The position numbers and the translations under genes are program-made. From assembly GCA_963844425.1 (NCBI GenBank), contig CAWJOD010000021.1, forward strand, positions 141,579 to 205,578: a DNA stretch of 64,000 nt, given 5' to 3'. Position 1 is the stretch's first letter; each line of letters starts with the position of its first letter. Source of the stretch: an uncultured Thermoleophilia bacterium. Lineage in GTDB: Bacteria > Actinomycetota > Thermoleophilia > Solirubrobacterales > 70-9. This document shows positions 46,744 to 57,700 of this stretch, one piece after another. A model generated the notes under the pieces. The model had not been told where the DNA came from. It was given only the letters and a program-made list of their open reading frames with translations, and searched no databases.

Positions 46744-47046
46744 GGCCGGACCTCAGCGCGTCGCGGAGGTCGGCGCGGTCGGGGACAGGCGAGATGCGGC
46801 CGTCGCGGAGCCGGTAGACCCGGCAGTTGAGGCCGACCGGCTCGGCGCCCGGGTCGGCCACGTCGCGGCCGTCGACGCGGATCGTCGGCGAGCCGACGAA
46901 ACCGGCGCGCTCGGCCTCGGCGTCGTCGTGGATCTCATGCACCACGACGCTCCCGGGTCGAGCCCGGCCGCCGTCATCTCCTCGCGCAGCTCGGCCAGGG
47001 CCTCCTCGGTGGAGGGACAACCCTGCCACCAGAAGAGCTCGACCAA
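46740..47046 (-). CDS. small thioredoxin/glutaredoxin-fold protein (GCPS motif), frameshifted
   Basis: MVELFWWQGCPSTEEALAELREEMTAAGLDPG + VVVHEIHDDAEAERAGFVGSPTIRVDGRDV...GLNCRVYRLRDGRISPVPDRADLRDAL. Confidence 0.4.
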
Positions 47047-47068
47047 GGGGTCGCGGCCGCTCAGGCGC

Positions 47069-47395
47069 TCAGGCCAGCGCGGGCTCGAGCTCGGCCTCGA
47101 GCCGCTTCTTCGGCATCGCGCCGACGACCCGCTTCGCCGCGTCGCCGCTCTTGAACAGGATCATCGTCGGGATCGAGAGGACGTCGTAGGTGGAGGCCGT
47201 GTCCTGGTTCTCGTCGACGTTGAGGCTGACGATCTTGACGTCGTCGCGCTCGTTCGCCATCTCCTCGAGGATCGGGTGGACGACCCGGCAGGGCCCGCAC
47301 CACGGCGCCCAGAAATCGACCAGCACCGGCGTCTCTGAATCGAGGACCTCGGCCTTGAAGTTGGCGTCGGTCACGTCTGGGAGGTTCCCACTCAC
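47069..47395 (-). CDS. trxA: thioredoxin
   Basis: Intact 108 aa with VLVDFWAPWCGPCR and SIPTMILFKSG. Confidence 0.9.
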   Translation of the reverse strand: MSGNLPDVTDANFKAEVLDSETPVLVDFWAPWCGPCRVVHPILEEMANERDDVKIVSLNVDENQDTASTYDVLSIPTMILFKSGDAAKRVVGAMPKKRLEAELEPALA

Positions 47396-47445
47396 TAGTT
47401 CTCCTGATCTACTCGTCGTGTTACTTCAGAAAGTATAGTACCTAC

Positions 47446-48184
47446 CTAGAGGTGGCGCCGCAGCCGCATCGCCGGCACCTGCCAGGCCGCCTCGAAAACT
47501 ATCGAGCGAGTCATCTTCGAGGCGCCGATCCGCCGGTCGCGGAAGGTGATCGGTACCTCCGCGACACGGTATCCGGCCTTGATCGCGCGGTAGGTCGTCT
47601 CCACCTGGAAGGCGTAACCGGTCGCGCTCACGTCCTCGATCGAGATCCCCTCGAGCGGCTGCGCGACGCCAGACCTTGTAGCCGCCGGTGAGGTCGTGGA
47701 CGCGGACGCCGAGGGCCGTCCGGGCGTACTTCGAGCCGAGCCGGCTGATCGCCCGCCGCCCCGCGCCCCAGTCGTGGACGTCGCCGCCGGGGACGTAGCG
47801 CGAGCCGAGCACGAGGTCCGCGTCCGCAAGCGCCGCGAGCAGGACGGGCAGCGCCTGGGGCTCGTGCGAGAAGTCGGCGTCCATCTGCACGATCCGCGCG
47901 GCGCCGCCTTCGAGCGCGGCGCGGAAGCCGGCGACGTAGGCCGGGCCGAGGCCGAGCTTCTCGCGGCGGTGGAGGACCTCGACGTCGTCGTGCTCGGTCG
48001 CGAGGCGGTCGGCGATCTCCCCGGTGCCGTCGGGGGAGGCGTCGTCGACGACGAGGATCCGCCGCTCCTCGGGCAGCTCGGCGCGCACGGCGGCGACGAG
48101 CCCGGCGATCGTCTCGGCCTCGTTGTACGTCGGGATCACGACCCAGGTCGGGCCGGAGGTTGTTTCCGCCGGTTCGGTCCCCAC
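47446..48184 (-). CDS. ppm1: polyprenol-phosphate mannosyltransferase (GT2, Ppm1/DPM1-like), one frameshift near 47670
   Basis: WVVIPTYNEAETI...ILVVDDASPDGTGEIA...GLGPAYVAGF...IVQMDADFSHEP...LVLGSRYVPGG...DLTGGYK...GYAFQVE...EVPITFRDRRIGASKM. Confidence 0.8.
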
Positions 48185-48214
48185 GGCGCAAGGCTATGGG
48201 CCTATGTTCCGGCG

Positions 48215-49951
48215 ATGCGCAATGGCGAGATCGCCGCCGCCCTCGATGAGCTCGGGACGCTCTACGAGCTCGACGGCGCCGTCCGCTACCGCGTGATCGC
48301 CTACCGGGAGGCGGCGCGGGTGATCCGCTCGCACCCGGTCTCGATCGCCGAGCTCGCCCGCCAGGGCAGGCTCACCGAGCTGCCCGGGGATCGGCTCGAC
48401 GATCGAGACGAAGGTCCTGACCCTGCTCGACGAGGGCTCGCTGCCGCAGACCGAGAAGCTGAAGCAGAAGTTCCCGCCGACCCTGATCGAGGTCACGAGG
48501 ATCCCCGGGCTCGGGGCGAAGACCGCGCGCCGCTTCTACGACGAGCTCGGGATCGCCGACCTCGAGGGTCTCGAGGCGGCGGCGAGGCAGGGCGAGCTGA
48601 GCTCGATGAAGGGCTTCGGCGAGAAGGCCGAGCAGAACCTGCTCGCCGAGATCGAGAAGCTCGGCGAGGAGGGTCCGACGGTGCGGGTCCTGCTCGCAGA
48701 GGCGCTCGAGGCGGCCGAGGAGCTGGCGGAGGCGCTGCGCGAGCTGCCCGAGGCGGACCGCGTGGAGATCGCCGGCTCGGCGCGGCGGATGGCGGAGACC
48801 TGCAAGGACGTCGACCTGATCGCGACCTCCTCGGACCCGTCCGCGCTCGCCGCGACGCTCCAGAAGCACCCCCTCGTCGCCCAGGCCGGGCGCGGGGGCG
48901 ACGCCGCCGCGAAGGTCGTCACCCACAGCGGGCTCTCGATCGACCTGCGGATCTCCCCGCCCGAGGCCTACGGCAACCTGCTCCAGCACTTCACCGGATC
49001 GGCCGAGCACAACGTGCAGCTGCGCGAGCGCGCGCTCGCGATGGGGCTCTCGGTCTCCGAGCTCGGCATCGCCGAGGTCGAGGAGGGCAAGCGCGCCGAG
49101 GACGCCGAGCTCTTCGCCACCGAGGAGGAGGTCTACGAGCGCCTCGGCATGGCCTACATCGAGCCCGAGCTGCGCGAGGGCCGCGGCGAGATCGCCGCCG
49201 CCGCAGAAGGGCGAGCTGCCGGAGCTCGTCACCGAGGGGGACATGCGGGGCGACCTGCATTGCCACACGACGCTCTCGGACGGCAAGAACACGCTCGAGG
49301 AGATGGCGGCGGCCGCGCGCGAGCTCGGCTACGAGTACCTCGCGATCACCGACCACTCGGCGAGCCACGGGTTCGGCAACCACGTGACCGACGAGCAGCT
49401 CGCGGCGCGGATCGAGGAGATCCGCGAGTGGAACAAGGGCAAGCGCGGGTTCAGGCTGCTCGCCGGCTCCGAGGTCAACATCCTCCCCGACGGCACGCTC
49501 GACTACCCCGACGAGCTCCTCGCCGAGCTCGACTGGGTGATCGCCAGCGTCCACACGGCCTTCCGCAGCTCCGAGAAGCAGATGACGAAGCGGGTCGTCA
49601 CCGCCATCGAGAACCCCCTCGTCGACTGCATCGGCCACCTCACCGGCCGGCTGATCCTGCGCCGCGAGCCCTACGACATCGACGTCGAGGAGGTCGGCGA
49701 AGGCGGCGGCGCGGACCGGGACGATGCTCGAGATCAACGGCAACCCGAACCGCCGCGACCTCTCGGAGCGCCACGTCAGGCTCGCCGTCGATTCGGGGGT
49801 CACGATCGTCGCCAACACCGACGCGCACCAGATCCGCACGCTCGGGAACATGCGCTACGGGATCGCGACCGCGCGACGGGCGTGGCTGACGAAGGACGAC
49901 CTCGCCAACACGCGCGGCTGGGGCGAGTTCAAGAAGCTGCTGCGGACCTAG
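48215..49951 (+). CDS. polX: family X DNA polymerase with C-terminal PHP phosphoesterase domain, frameshifted
   Basis: IAAALDELGTLYELDGAVRYRVIAYREAARVI...IPGLGAKTARRFY...IAGSARRMAETCKDVDLI...LLQHFTGSAEHN...YIEPELREGRGEI...GDLHCHTTLSDG...AITDHS...ASVHTAF...LEINGNP...ANTDAH. Confidence 0.85.
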
Positions 49952-50487
49952 CCCGTCGGCGGGGGCGGCGGGTGGCCCGCCGGGGTCCGGTCGCGGCTGA
50001 GCCCGGGGGTGCGGACGAGGCGCAGCGGCTCGAACGGCGATGACGGCTCGACGTAGAAGCGAACCCCGTCGCGGTCCTCGACGCCGGTCACCGCGGCCTC
50101 GCGGTTGCGCCACATGAGCGCGACGAGCAGGGCGTAGCCGGAGCCGATCGCGGGCACCGACGGGAAGACCGCGGCGAAGCCGCCGGCGACGAGGGCGAAG
50201 ACGCCGAGCGGCCAGAGCCGGCCGAGCGCGATCCGGTTCGGGCTCATGTCGGGCAGGCTCGTGATCGTCCGCGCCGCGGCGAGCACCTCCGCGACGCTCT
50301 CGTGGGCCCGCTCGGGACGGCCGAGTAGGAGCCCGACCACGACCGCGACCACCCACCACGCACCGGTGACGATCAGGGTGAGGTTGTCGTCGGCGGCGTC
50401 CGCGGCGACGATCGCGACCCCGCCGAGCGCCGTGGCGAGGCCGGCGACGAGGAGGACGGTGAGGCGGAGGAGGTCCGTGAAGAGCAT
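49948..50487 (-). CDS. membrane protein of unknown function
   Basis: Intact 179 aa from ATG 50487: MLFTDLLRLTVLLVAGLATALGGVAIVAA...GAWWVVAVVVGLLLG...LWPLGVFALVAGGFAAVFPSVPAIGSGYALLVALMW. Confidence 0.4.
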   Translation of the reverse strand: MLFTDLLRLTVLLVAGLATALGGVAIVAADAADDNLTLIVTGAWWVVAVVVGLLLGRPERAHESVAEVLAAARTITSLPDMSPNRIALGRLWPLGVFALVAGGFAAVFPSVPAIGSGYALLVALMWRNREAAVTGVEDRDGVRFYVEPSSPFEPLRLVRTPGLSRDRTPAGHPPPPPTG

Positions 50488-50489
50488 GG

Positions 50490-51304
50490 CTACGGGCTCG
50501 CCAGTCTGCCCAGCAGGTCGGCGAGCTCGGACGGATCGGCGACGACGAGGTCCGCCTCCGCGGTCACCTCGGGCGGCGACTCGCTCGAGCCGATCGCGAC
50601 GCAGACGAGCGGTCTCGAGCCCGCCCGAGGCGGCGCGCTCGCGCAGGGCGCGAAAGCCGTCGACGTCGGTGCGGTCGTCGCCGGCGTAGAGGGCGTGGCG
50701 GATCGGGTGGTCGGCGAGCAGCTCGGCGATCGCCGAGCCCTTGTCGAAGGGGACGGGCGGGCGGAGCTCGATCACCTTGCGCCCGCGGTGGACGGCGAGC
50801 CCGGCCTCCTCCGCCTCGGCCGCGATCGCCGCCGCCTCGGCCTCGGCCCGGTCCTCGTCTTCGGCGCCACGCCAATGCAGGGCGCGGATCGGCCCCTTGT
50901 CCTCGGTGCGCAGGCCGGCGTCGAGCCGCCCGTCGTCGACGCTCGCGAGGAAGTCGGCGGCGTCGTCCTCGTGCCCCGCCAGCGCCGCGGAGGAGCGCGG
51001 CGTCGGCGCGCCCGGATCGAGGCGCTCGAGGCCGTGGTTGCCGAGGTAGACGAGGTCGTCGAGGCCGACGATCCGCCGGGCCTCGGCGGCCGGGCGGCCG
51101 GAGACGCAGCCGACGACGGCGTAGCTCGCCGGCGAGGTCCGCGAGGGCCTCGCGCGCCGCGGGCAGGATCGCCGCCGCCTCCGGGTCGTCGACGATCGGC
51201 GCCAGCGTCCCGTCGACGTCGCTGAGCACCGCCGACGCGGAGGGCTCGCGGCGAAGCGGCTCGAGCAGGCGGTCGGCGTCTGGGGATGGCGGCGGGCACC
51301 GCAT
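50490..51304 (-). CDS. otsB: trehalose-phosphatase-like HAD hydrolase, frameshifted
   Basis: AVLSDVDGTLAPIVDDPEAA...VVGCVSGRPAAEAR...YLGNHGLE...ELRPPVPFDKGSAIAELL...LYAGDDRTDVDGF. Confidence 0.65.
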
Positions 51305-51317
51305 CTAGTATCGCGGC

Positions 51318-51673
51318 GTGGCCGCCTCGCGAAGCTGACCGCCATCGGCATCGCCGCGGGCGCCTTCAGCGGCCTCTTCGGCGTGGGCGGGGGCACGGTG
51401 ATCGTGCCGCTGCTGATCTTCTGGTTCGCCTTCGGCGAGCGCGAGGCGACCGGCACGAGCCTCGCTGCGATCGTGATCATCGGAGCCCTCGGCGCCTTCG
51501 GCCAGGCCCTGCACGGCAACGTCGACTACCTGGACGGCGTCCTGATCGGGGTCCCGGCGATCGGCGGGGTGCTCGCCGGGACCGCCCTCCAGCAGCGCCT
51601 GCCCGAGCGCTCGATCTCGCTGCTCTTCGCCGTCCTGCTCGTCGCCGTCGCGATCCACCTGCTCGTCCCATGA
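51318..51673 (+). CDS. half-size TauE/SafE-like membrane protein (N-terminal half equivalent); start inferred with one frameshift
   Basis: LAKLTAIGIAAGAFSGLFGVGGGTVIVPLLIFWF...TGTSLAAIVIIGALGAFGQ...GVPAIGGVLAGTALQQRLP...LLFAVLLVAVAIHLLVP. The stop overlaps the next ATG (ATGA at 51670-51673). Confidence 0.55.
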
Positions 51674-52071
51674 GCGAGGTGCTCGTGATCATCCTCGGCT
51701 TCTGCGGCGGCGTCGTCGGCGGCCTGCTCGGCGTCGGCGGCGGGATCATCTTCGTCCCGGCGCTGGTGATCTTCCTGGGCGACACCCAGCTGGAGGCGGA
51801 GTCGACGTCGCTGCTCGCGATCGTCCCGGTGGCGATCGCGGGCGTGATCCGGCAGCGCGGCTACGGCAACGTGCGCATGCGCGAGGGGATCACGATCGGG
51901 CTGCTCTCGATCCCCGGGGTCGCGCTCGGCGTCCTGGTCTCGAACGCGGTCCCGCAGCGCGCCCTCGAGATCGGCTTCGCCGGCCTCCTGCTGGTGGTCG
52001 CCGCGCAGCTCGTCGTCCGCGCCCTCCGCAACCCGGGCGACGGCGGCGAGCCGGAAGCCGCCGATGCCTGA
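51670..52071 (+). CDS. half-size TauE/SafE-like membrane protein (C-terminal half equivalent)
   Basis: MSEVLVIILGFCGGVVGGLLGVGGGIIFVPALVIFLG...STSLLAIVPVAIAGVIRQ...GLLSIPGVALGVLVSNAVP...GFAGLLLVVAAQLVV. Confidence 0.55.
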   Translation: MSEVLVIILGFCGGVVGGLLGVGGGIIFVPALVIFLGDTQLEAESTSLLAIVPVAIAGVIRQRGYGNVRMREGITIGLLSIPGVALGVLVSNAVPQRALEIGFAGLLLVVAAQLVVRALRNPGDGGEPEAADA

Positions 52072-52474
52072 CTCCCTCCACGTCGCGCCGGGGGTCGAGA
52101 TCCCGATCGCGGAGGTCGAGCTGCGGGCGAGCCGCTCCTCCGGGCCGGGCGGCCAGCACGCCAACGTGACCGCCTCGCGGGTCGAGGCCGTCTTCGACGT
52201 CGAGGCGTCGCGCGCGCTCGGCGACGAGCACAAGCGCCGGCTGGCCCGCCGCCTCGGCCCCCGCGTCACCGCCGTCGCCCAGGACGCCCGCGGGCAGGCG
52301 CGGAACCGCGAGCTCGCCCTGCGGCGCCTGCGCGAGAAGATCGCCGCCGGTTTGCGCGAGCCGAAGCGCCGCCGCGCCACCCGCCCCAGCGCCGGCGCCC
52401 GCCGCCGCCGGCTCGAGGGCAAGCGCAGGCGCTCGCAGAAGAAGGCGATGCGGCGGCGGGTCGACCCCGACTAG
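52064..52474 (+). CDS. arfB: alternative ribosome-rescue factor ArfB (GGQ peptidyl-tRNA hydrolase)
   Basis: Intact 136 aa: IPIAEVELRASRSSGPGGQHANVTASRVEAVFDV...ARNRELALRRLREKI, with a basic C-terminal tail. Confidence 0.85.
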   Translation: MPDSLHVAPGVEIPIAEVELRASRSSGPGGQHANVTASRVEAVFDVEASRALGDEHKRRLARRLGPRVTAVAQDARGQARNRELALRRLREKIAAGLREPKRRRATRPSAGARRRRLEGKRRRSQKKAMRRRVDPD

Positions 52475-52813
52475 GGATCGGATATCAGCCGGTCGCGATC
52501 GAGAACTGCGCCTCTGCGTCCTGGGCGAGTAAAGCGAGGAGCTCACGGGCGCGGACGTGCAAGAGTCCAGGGTAGTGCTATACGGCCGGGATCGTGTCGC
52601 GGGCCGGAGGTCCGTATCGGCAGGTTGTCAGTCGGGCATTCGAGCGGTCGGGACGCGCGGGGAAGTGCGACCTACGGCGACGTTGGAGCCGGGGTATACG
52701 TCAATACGAGTCGACCGTGCTTCGCATGGAGGATGCCTCCCAAGTTCAAGGATTGCGTCCCCGCAGAAATGGGTCGGGAGATCGCCGAGTGAGCGACGCG
52801 ACCGGCCGGGCCT

Positions 52814-53734
52814 CTACAGGCCCTGCTCGAGCGCGCCCTTGACGCCGGCGTCGAGCGCGTTCAGGCGGTAGAGCGCGAGCGCCTCCGCCGAGCCGAAGCC
52901 GCTGCGCGTGCCGATCGCCTGCCGCGAGCGCCCGGCGGCCTCGGGGCCGTGGTGGGAGAGGATGCAGTGCAGGAGGGCGACGCGGCGATCGCTCGAGAGC
53001 CCGCCGGCGGCGGCGCCGACGATCTCGGCGCCGAGCGTGAGGTGGCCGAGCATCCGGCCCTCGTCGGTGATCCCGAACTCGGCGCCGTAGGTGAACTCGC
53101 GGGTGCGGCCGACGTCGTGGAGCAGCGCCGCCGCCATCAGCAGGTCCGAGTCGAGCCGAGGGTGCAGCTGGCAGAGCTCGAGCACGAGCGTGCCGACCGC
53201 GACCGTGTGCTCGAGCAGCCCGCCGACGTAGGCGTGGTGGCCGCCGCGCGAGCACGGCGCCTTGCGGAGCTCGGTCATCACCGGCTCGGTGCCGGCGACG
53301 CGCTCGACCACGTCACGCAGCGCCGCGTCGTGGACCTCGCGGGTCAGGTGCTCGAAGAACCCGTTGAGCTCCTCGAGCGAGCGGTAGGCGACGGGAAGGA
53401 ACTCGGCGGGGTCCCAGGAGCCCGGCTCGAGCCGGCGGACGTCGTCGATCTCGGCGACTGAGCTCGCCGCGGTAGCGCTGGGCGCGGCCGCGAGCGTGCA
53501 CGGCGTCGCCGCGGTCGAACCGGCTGGCGAGCCGGTCGGCGTCGCGAAAGACCCGCGCGGCGATGGTCCCGGTGCGGTCGCGGAGCTCGACGGCGAGGTA
53601 CGCGCGCGCCGTTGCGGCCGGTCATCCGGTCCTTGCGCACGCAGGCGTAGCGGCCGCTGAACGGCTGCCCGGCGCGCAGCTCGGCGACCGCCTGGCGTCG
53701 GAGCGGGGTCGGTCAGCGCCTCGGCGGCTTCCAT
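52814..53734 (-). CDS. OB-fold + HD-domain 3'-5' exoribonuclease YhaM-like protein, frameshifted
   Basis: FSGRYACVRKDRMTGRNGARYLAVELRDRTGTIAARVF (OB fold, stitched)...GGHHAYVGGLLEHTVAV...AALLHDVGRTREF...GHLTLGAEIV...LLHCILSHHG. Confidence 0.7.
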   Translation of the reverse strand: MEAAEALTDPAPTPGGRRAARRAAVQRPLRLRAQGPDDRPQRRARTSPSSSATAPGPSPRGSFATPTGSPAGSTAATPCTLAAAPSATAASSVAEIDDVRRLEPGSWDPAEFLPVAYRSLEELNGFFEHLTREVHDAALRDVVERVAGTEPVMTELRKAPCSRGGHHAYVGGLLEHTVAVGTLVLELCQLHPRLDSDLLMAAALLHDVGRTREFTYGAEFGITDEGRMLGHLTLGAEIVGAAAGGLSSDRRVALLHCILSHHGPEAAGRSRQAIGTRSGFGSAEALALYRLNALDAGVKGALEQGL

Positions 53735-53798
53735 CGCTCGTCGATGGTGACCCTCGCCGCGGACGCAAGCGCGGGTCCGGAACCCCGCTCGGAGCGGG

Positions 53799-54707
53799 GT
53801 GGATCGCCCGATTTCGCCACCCGGTAGGGTCGCCGAGGTGGATGCATTGAGGTGGGAGGGTGAGGTGCCGGAGCTTCGCTCCCCGGCTCTCGTCTGCGCC
53901 TTCGCCGGCTGGAACGACGCCGCGAACGCGGCGACGACGGCGCTCGAAGCCGCGGCGATCGACCTCGGCGCCGACACCGTCGCCGAGCTCGACCCGGAGG
54001 AGTTCTTCGACTTCCAGACGAACCGGCCGACGATCCATCTGACCGAGGGGCAGACCCGCCGGATCGATTGGCCGCAGAACTCGCTTCTGGCGGCGCCCGC
54101 GCCCGGCGCCGAGCGCGACCTGGTCCTGCTGCACGGCACCGAGCCCAGCCTGCGCTGGCGAACGTTCTCGGAGTCGATCGCCGACGCCGCCGAGCGGATG
54201 GGCGTGACGCTGATCATCACCCTCGGCGCGCTGATCGCCGACGTCCCCCACACCCGCCCCGTCCCGATCACCGGCCTCGCCTCCGACCCGGAGCTCGTCG
54301 AGAGCCTCGGCCTCGACCGCTCGAGCTACGAGGGGCCGACCGGGATCGTCGGCGTTCTCCACGACACCTTCCGCCAGCGCGGGATCAGCTCGGCCAGCCT
54401 CTGGGCCGCGATCCCGCACTACGTCGCGGCGGTCCCGAACCCGAAGGCCGCGCTCGCCCTGCTGCGCCGGCTCGAGGGCCTGACCGGCGTCGTCATCGAG
54501 GCCTCCGAGCTCGAGGAGGCGATGGGCCGCTTCGAGGAGCAGGTGAACCGCGCCGTCTCGGCCAACCCCGAGATCGAGGAGCTGGTCGACCCGGCTCGAG
54601 GCCGAGCAGGTCGACGAGGACGCCCGGCTCGGGCCGGGCGACGTCCCGTCGGGCGACACGATCGCCCGCGACTTCCAGCGGTTCCTGCGCCAGCGAACCG
54701 ACGACTA
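53799..54707 (+). CDS. PAC2 (proteasome assembly chaperone 2-like) family protein, one frameshift near 54590
   Basis: PALVCAFAGWNDAANAAT...DPEEFFDFQTNRPTI...DLVLLHGTEPSLRW...TLGALIADVPHTRPV...YEGPTGIVGVLHD...SLWAAIPHYVA. GTG 53838 is an alternative start. Confidence 0.7.
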
Positions 54708-54763
54708 ATCGCGGACGTCCCGGAGTCCGGAGTGATCGGGACGTTCGCCGCGGACGATCGACT

Positions 54764-57700
54764 TCAGGCCTCGCTCGCGGGGCAGATCAGCCGGTAGTCG
54801 CACCAGGAGCAGATCGTGTAGCTCGGCTTCGGCTCGAAGTCCTGGCCGCGGATGCCCTCGCCGACCTCGAGCACGGTGCGCTCGACCCGCTCGCGGTCGT
54901 CGGGGGCGGCGTGGACCGCGACCTTCTCGTCGTCGAGGACGTAGTAGTAGGAGCCGAGCTCGGCCTGGATGTCCCAGGCCTCCTCGGCGGCGACGCGGTA
55001 GAGCGCGAGCTGGAGGTCGTCGGAGAGCTCGGCCTCGGTCTTGTGCTGGCCGGTCTTGTAGTCGATCAGCTCGTAGTCGCCGTCGGGGTGGCGGTCGACG
55101 CGGTCGACGCGGCCGCGCAGCTGGTGCGGCCCGATCGCGAACGAGAAGCCGCGCTCGAGCCAGACCGGGGACGCGTCGGCGTCGATGTGGCGCTCGTGGT
55201 AGCGGGCGAGGGCGGCGACCGCGCGGTCGCGGTACTGGAGCTCGTCGTCGGAGGAGCCGAACCCCGAGCGCCGCCAGGCGGCCTCGAACAGCGCCAGCAG
55301 GCGGTCGAGGCCGGTCTCGCCGAAGACCGTCTGCGGCTCGCCATCGCCGCCGCGGACCTCGTCGGCGTGGTAGCGCTCGAGCACCTGGTGGATCAGGATC
55401 CCGAAGCGCTGGTTGATCGTCGGCTCCTGCGGGATCGCGAAGACGCGCGCGAACTTGTACTTCAGCGGGCAGGTCCGGTAGAGGTCGATGTCGGAGGCCG
55501 AGAGCGCGAGCCCCGAGCCGCGCGTCGGCAGGAAGGTCTCGAGCGAGGGCTCGTCGCGGGCGGCGGCGAGCCGCTTGCGGCGCTCGAGCTCGCGGTCGTC
55601 GTCGAGCAGGTACTCGTCGAGCGCCGAGGCGGTGAGCGCCGCCTGCTGCTCGGGCGTCGCCACCCGCCCGAGCAGGTCGTTGATCGCGGCGAGCGCCTCG
55701 GCCGCCGGCTCCGATCCCGGGCGCTGCACGAGCGCGGCGAGCTTGACCAGCTCGAGGAAGCGGGCGACCGCCCGGTCGACGTCCTCGGCGGTGTCGAGGC
55801 GCATCTCGCTGATCGCGGCGCCCGCCCGCCAGGAGGCCTCGAGCACCTCGTCGCGGATCATCCGGTAGGTCGCGTGGACGCTCTCGGCGGGGCCGAAGAG
55901 CTCCTCCTCCTGGACGACCTCCTCGGCGCCGATCGCCGCCCGCGCCGCCTCGTAGAGCTCCGACGGGCGGGCGCTGCCGTCGGCGGTCTCCTCGGGCCAG
56001 GCGAGGACGAGGCCCTCGCGGGCGCGGCTGACCGCGACGTAGGCGAGGCGCACACGGCGCGCCGCGGCGAGCTCGCGGCCGGGCTCGGGCAGGTCGTCGG
56101 CGACGAGCTCGTCGGGGATCCAGCGGTCGCGCTCCGGGTAGGCCGGCAGCCCGCCGCGGCGCAGGCCGAGCATCCAGACGCGGCGGAACTCGAGCCCCTT
56201 CAGCTGCTCGGGCTCGGCGAGCAGGACCGCGCCGGCCGGCGGGCGCACGGTGTCGAGCGCGGCGCCGGCGTCGAGCTCGCCGGCGTCGGCGACGGCGGCC
56301 AGGTAGCGGACGAAGTCGCGGGTCGAGCCGCGCGGCTCGCGGCGGGTCCAGGCCGCCGCGAGCTCGCCGAGCCGGGCGAGGCTGACGAGGCGCTCGGCCG
56401 CCTCGGGGTGCGCGGCGAAGAGGTCGGTGCGGCGCAGCCCGATCCGCTCGATCAGGCGCATCACGAAGACGTCGGCGCGCAGCTCCTCGAGCGCGCTCGA
56501 GGCGGAGCGGTAGAGCCGCAGGAAGGCCTGGATCCGGTCGCGCGCCTCGGGCGGGATCTGCGGGCTCTCGAGCGCCGCCTCGAGCGCCGAGACCATGTCG
56601 AGCTTGCGGCGGCGGGCGATCGTCGTGCAGCGCGCGAGGTCGACCGAGCGCAGCTCGATCGGCGGGCGGGTGAGGGCGCGCACGACCGCCGCGGAGTCGT
56701 TCGGGTCGGCGAGCATGCGCAGCCAGGCGATCGCGTCGCGCACCTCGGGGCGGCCGAAGAAGGCCGAGGAGCCCGCGAGCCGGAACGGGACGCTGCGCTC
56801 CTCGAGCGCCGCGGCGACGAGGCGTCCGTCGCGCTGCAGCGAGCCGACGACGACGCAGGCGTCCTCGGGCCGCAGCTCGCCGGAGTGCAGGCCGGCGCTC
56901 GATCTCGTGCGCCGCGGCCTGCGCCATCGCCCGCTCGGAGCGACAGCGCCAGAACGGACGACCCCGGCTCGCGCCGCTATCGGTCGCGCGGGTCGGCGAG
57001 TCGGCCTCGCCTGCCGGCTCCCGCGGCGGTGATCGCGTGCGCTCACCCGGTCGATCGGCTCCGCGTGCGCGCAGCGGCTCGCCGAGCTCGATCTCGGTCA
57101 GGTCGGGGTAGCGGCGGCGGAGCGACTCGACCGTCGCCGTCGCGGCGCCGCGGTAGCGGCGCAGGGAGGCCGCCTCGTCGATCGCGCCGGCGAGCCGGTC
57201 GTGTGGGGCGAGGGCGCGCGAGCGAGCGCCGCGGTGGGCGACGCCCGCCTCCTCGAGCTCGTCGACGACGAGCTCGGGGAAGCGCTCGCCGAGGCGCTCG
57301 CGGACGTCGGCGCGCTCGGCCGCGAGGCGGGTCAGCTCGATCACGACGTCGCCGCCGTCGAGGCTGCCGAACTCGCGCAGGGCGCGCTCGTGGTGCGAGT
57401 AGAGGTCGGCGAACTCGATCTCGCGCCGGGCGTGCTCGCGCTCGCGCGGGTCGGCGGCGGCGCGCTCGCGCTCGACGGCCCAGCCGCGCAGGCGCGCGGG
57501 CGTCACCGCCTCGGCCTTGACCATGTCGATGCGCTGCAGCAGGCGGGCGAGCAGGCCGCCGGGGTTGCCGCGGATCTCGTGGCGGCGCAGGGGCAGGTCG
57601 TCGAGGCGGTCGAGCATGAAGGCGAGCCGGTCGGCGGCCGAGACGGTCTCGAAGAACGGGTCGAGGCCGGCCTCGACCGCGTGCTCGCGCAGCAGGCGCT

